Shown here: piece after piece, positions 63,068-64,000 of the stretch
Numbering within the stretch: the first letter of the stretch is position 1
Layout of the letters: every line of letters starts with the position of its first letter
Assembly (NCBI GenBank): GCA_038205935.1
Contig: JBBRBK010000001.1
Coordinates: 38,595-102,594 of the forward strand
Reading direction: 5' to 3'
DNA: 64,000 nt
Source: Campylobacterales bacterium
GTDB taxonomy: Bacteria > Campylobacterota > Campylobacteria > Campylobacterales > Sulfurimonadaceae
Translations under genes and position numbers: made by a program
The notes under the pieces: model-generated
Seen by the model: the letters and a program-made list of their open reading frames with translations, nothing else
The model's database searches: none
Told to the model about the DNA's origin: nothing

Positions 63068-64000
63068 TTAAATCAATGCGTGATCCATCTCTGCTGGCAC
63101 TTCTAATTCCATCAGTTTTAAAACTGTCGGAGCTATGTTGTTGAGTCCGCCTGGATCAACTTTTGTAACACCCTCGGCCATCACAAAACACCAAACTTTT
63201 CCAACTGTATGATTTGTAAGCACATTACCTCTAACATCTTTCATCTCTTCACAATTTCCATGATCAGAGGTAATCACTAATGCATAATCTTTCTCTTTGG
63301 CTTTTGTCACAATACGCCCGAGTTGCTCATCCACTGTTTCTACCGCTTTTATTGCCGCTTCAAAATTACCAGTGTGTCCCACCATATCACCGTTTGCAAA
63401 GTTAACAACAACGAAATCATAATCATCTTCCATAGCCTGAACTACAGCATCTCCAACAGCAGGAGCACTCATCTGTGGTTGCATGTCATAGGTTCTTACA
63501 TTTGGACTTGGAATCAAAACGCGCGTTTCATTTAAACATGGCTCATCAATTCCACCATTTAAGAAGAAAGTCACATGCGCGTATTTTTCTGTTTCTGCTG
63601 TGTGTAACTGACGAAGCCCATTTGCTGAAATCACTTCAGCAAGAGTGTTTTTTGGAGAATCTTTTCTAAAAAGAACAGGATAGGCAAAACTTTTATCATA
63701 CTCAGTAATCGTTGCCAAATTGATTGGAATATGTTTTGTTTCAAATCTATCAAAATCTTTATCGCCAATCGCAGTGGCTAGTTCTCGCATCCTGTCACTT
63801 CTAAAGTTGATAGTTAAGACACTATCCCCTTCCATAAAACCTTCATACCCATCAAACGCCGTAGGCTCGATAAACTCATCCGTAATGTTATTTGCATATG
63901 AGTTTTCTATATAGTCCTCAACACTATAATCACTTTTTGGTGTTGCATGGACAATAGCATCAAATCCAGCTTTCACTCTTTCCCAACGGTTGTCTCTATC
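63068..64000 (-). CDS. gpmI: 2,3-BPG-independent phosphoglycerate mutase (5' part outside window)
   Basis: Frame open to the window edge (DRDNRWERV); NFRSDR, AETEKYAHVTFF, DMVGHTG, TSDHGN.E. Confidence 0.97.
   Translation of the reverse strand, partial: DRDNRWERVKAGFDAIVHATPKSDYSVEDYIENSYANNITDEFIEPTAFDGYEGFMEGDSVLTINFRSDRMRELATAIGDKDFDRFETKHIPINLATITEYDKSFAYPVLFRKDSPKNTLAEVISANGLRQLHTAETEKYAHVTFFLNGGIDEPCLNETRVLIPSPNVRTYDMQPQMSAPAVGDAVVQAMEDDYDFVVVNFANGDMVGHTGNFEAAIKAVETVDEQLGRIVTKAKEKDYALVITSDHGNCEEMKDVRGNVLTNHTVGKVWCFVMAEGVTKVDPGGLNNIAPTVLKLMELEVPAEMDHALI

Overview
AT-rich chromosomal window from a Campylobacterota bacterium, most likely Sulfurimonas-like (inferred from protein sequences and gene orders such as uvrD-truB-csrA-ispE-smpB, secDF-leuS-lptE-GGDEF-folC-mfd and waaA-rluA-ffh-rpsP-khpA-rimM-trmD-rplS). 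It is mostly housekeeping: glycolysis, fatty-acid synthesis, Sec, translation, ppk1 and argJ. Small accessory inserts include two toxin-antitoxin pairs, a major porin, three GGDEF proteins, an MCP and a NYN protein. I found no rRNA, tRNA, CRISPR array, transposase or phage gene. The strongest unexplained signal is a dispersed, highly iterated palindrome, CTTACATGTAAG. I counted by eye 18 exact TTACATGTAA cores, 10 of them the full 12-mer. Fifteen lie inside unrelated genes, read in two different frames, and three are intergenic, so the constraint appears to act on the DNA (HIP1-, uptake-sequence- or nucleoid-site-like). The second signal is a 389-bp highly self-complementary element with hairpin-shaped terminal inverted repeats at 50361-50749. 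All counts and pairings were done by hand.
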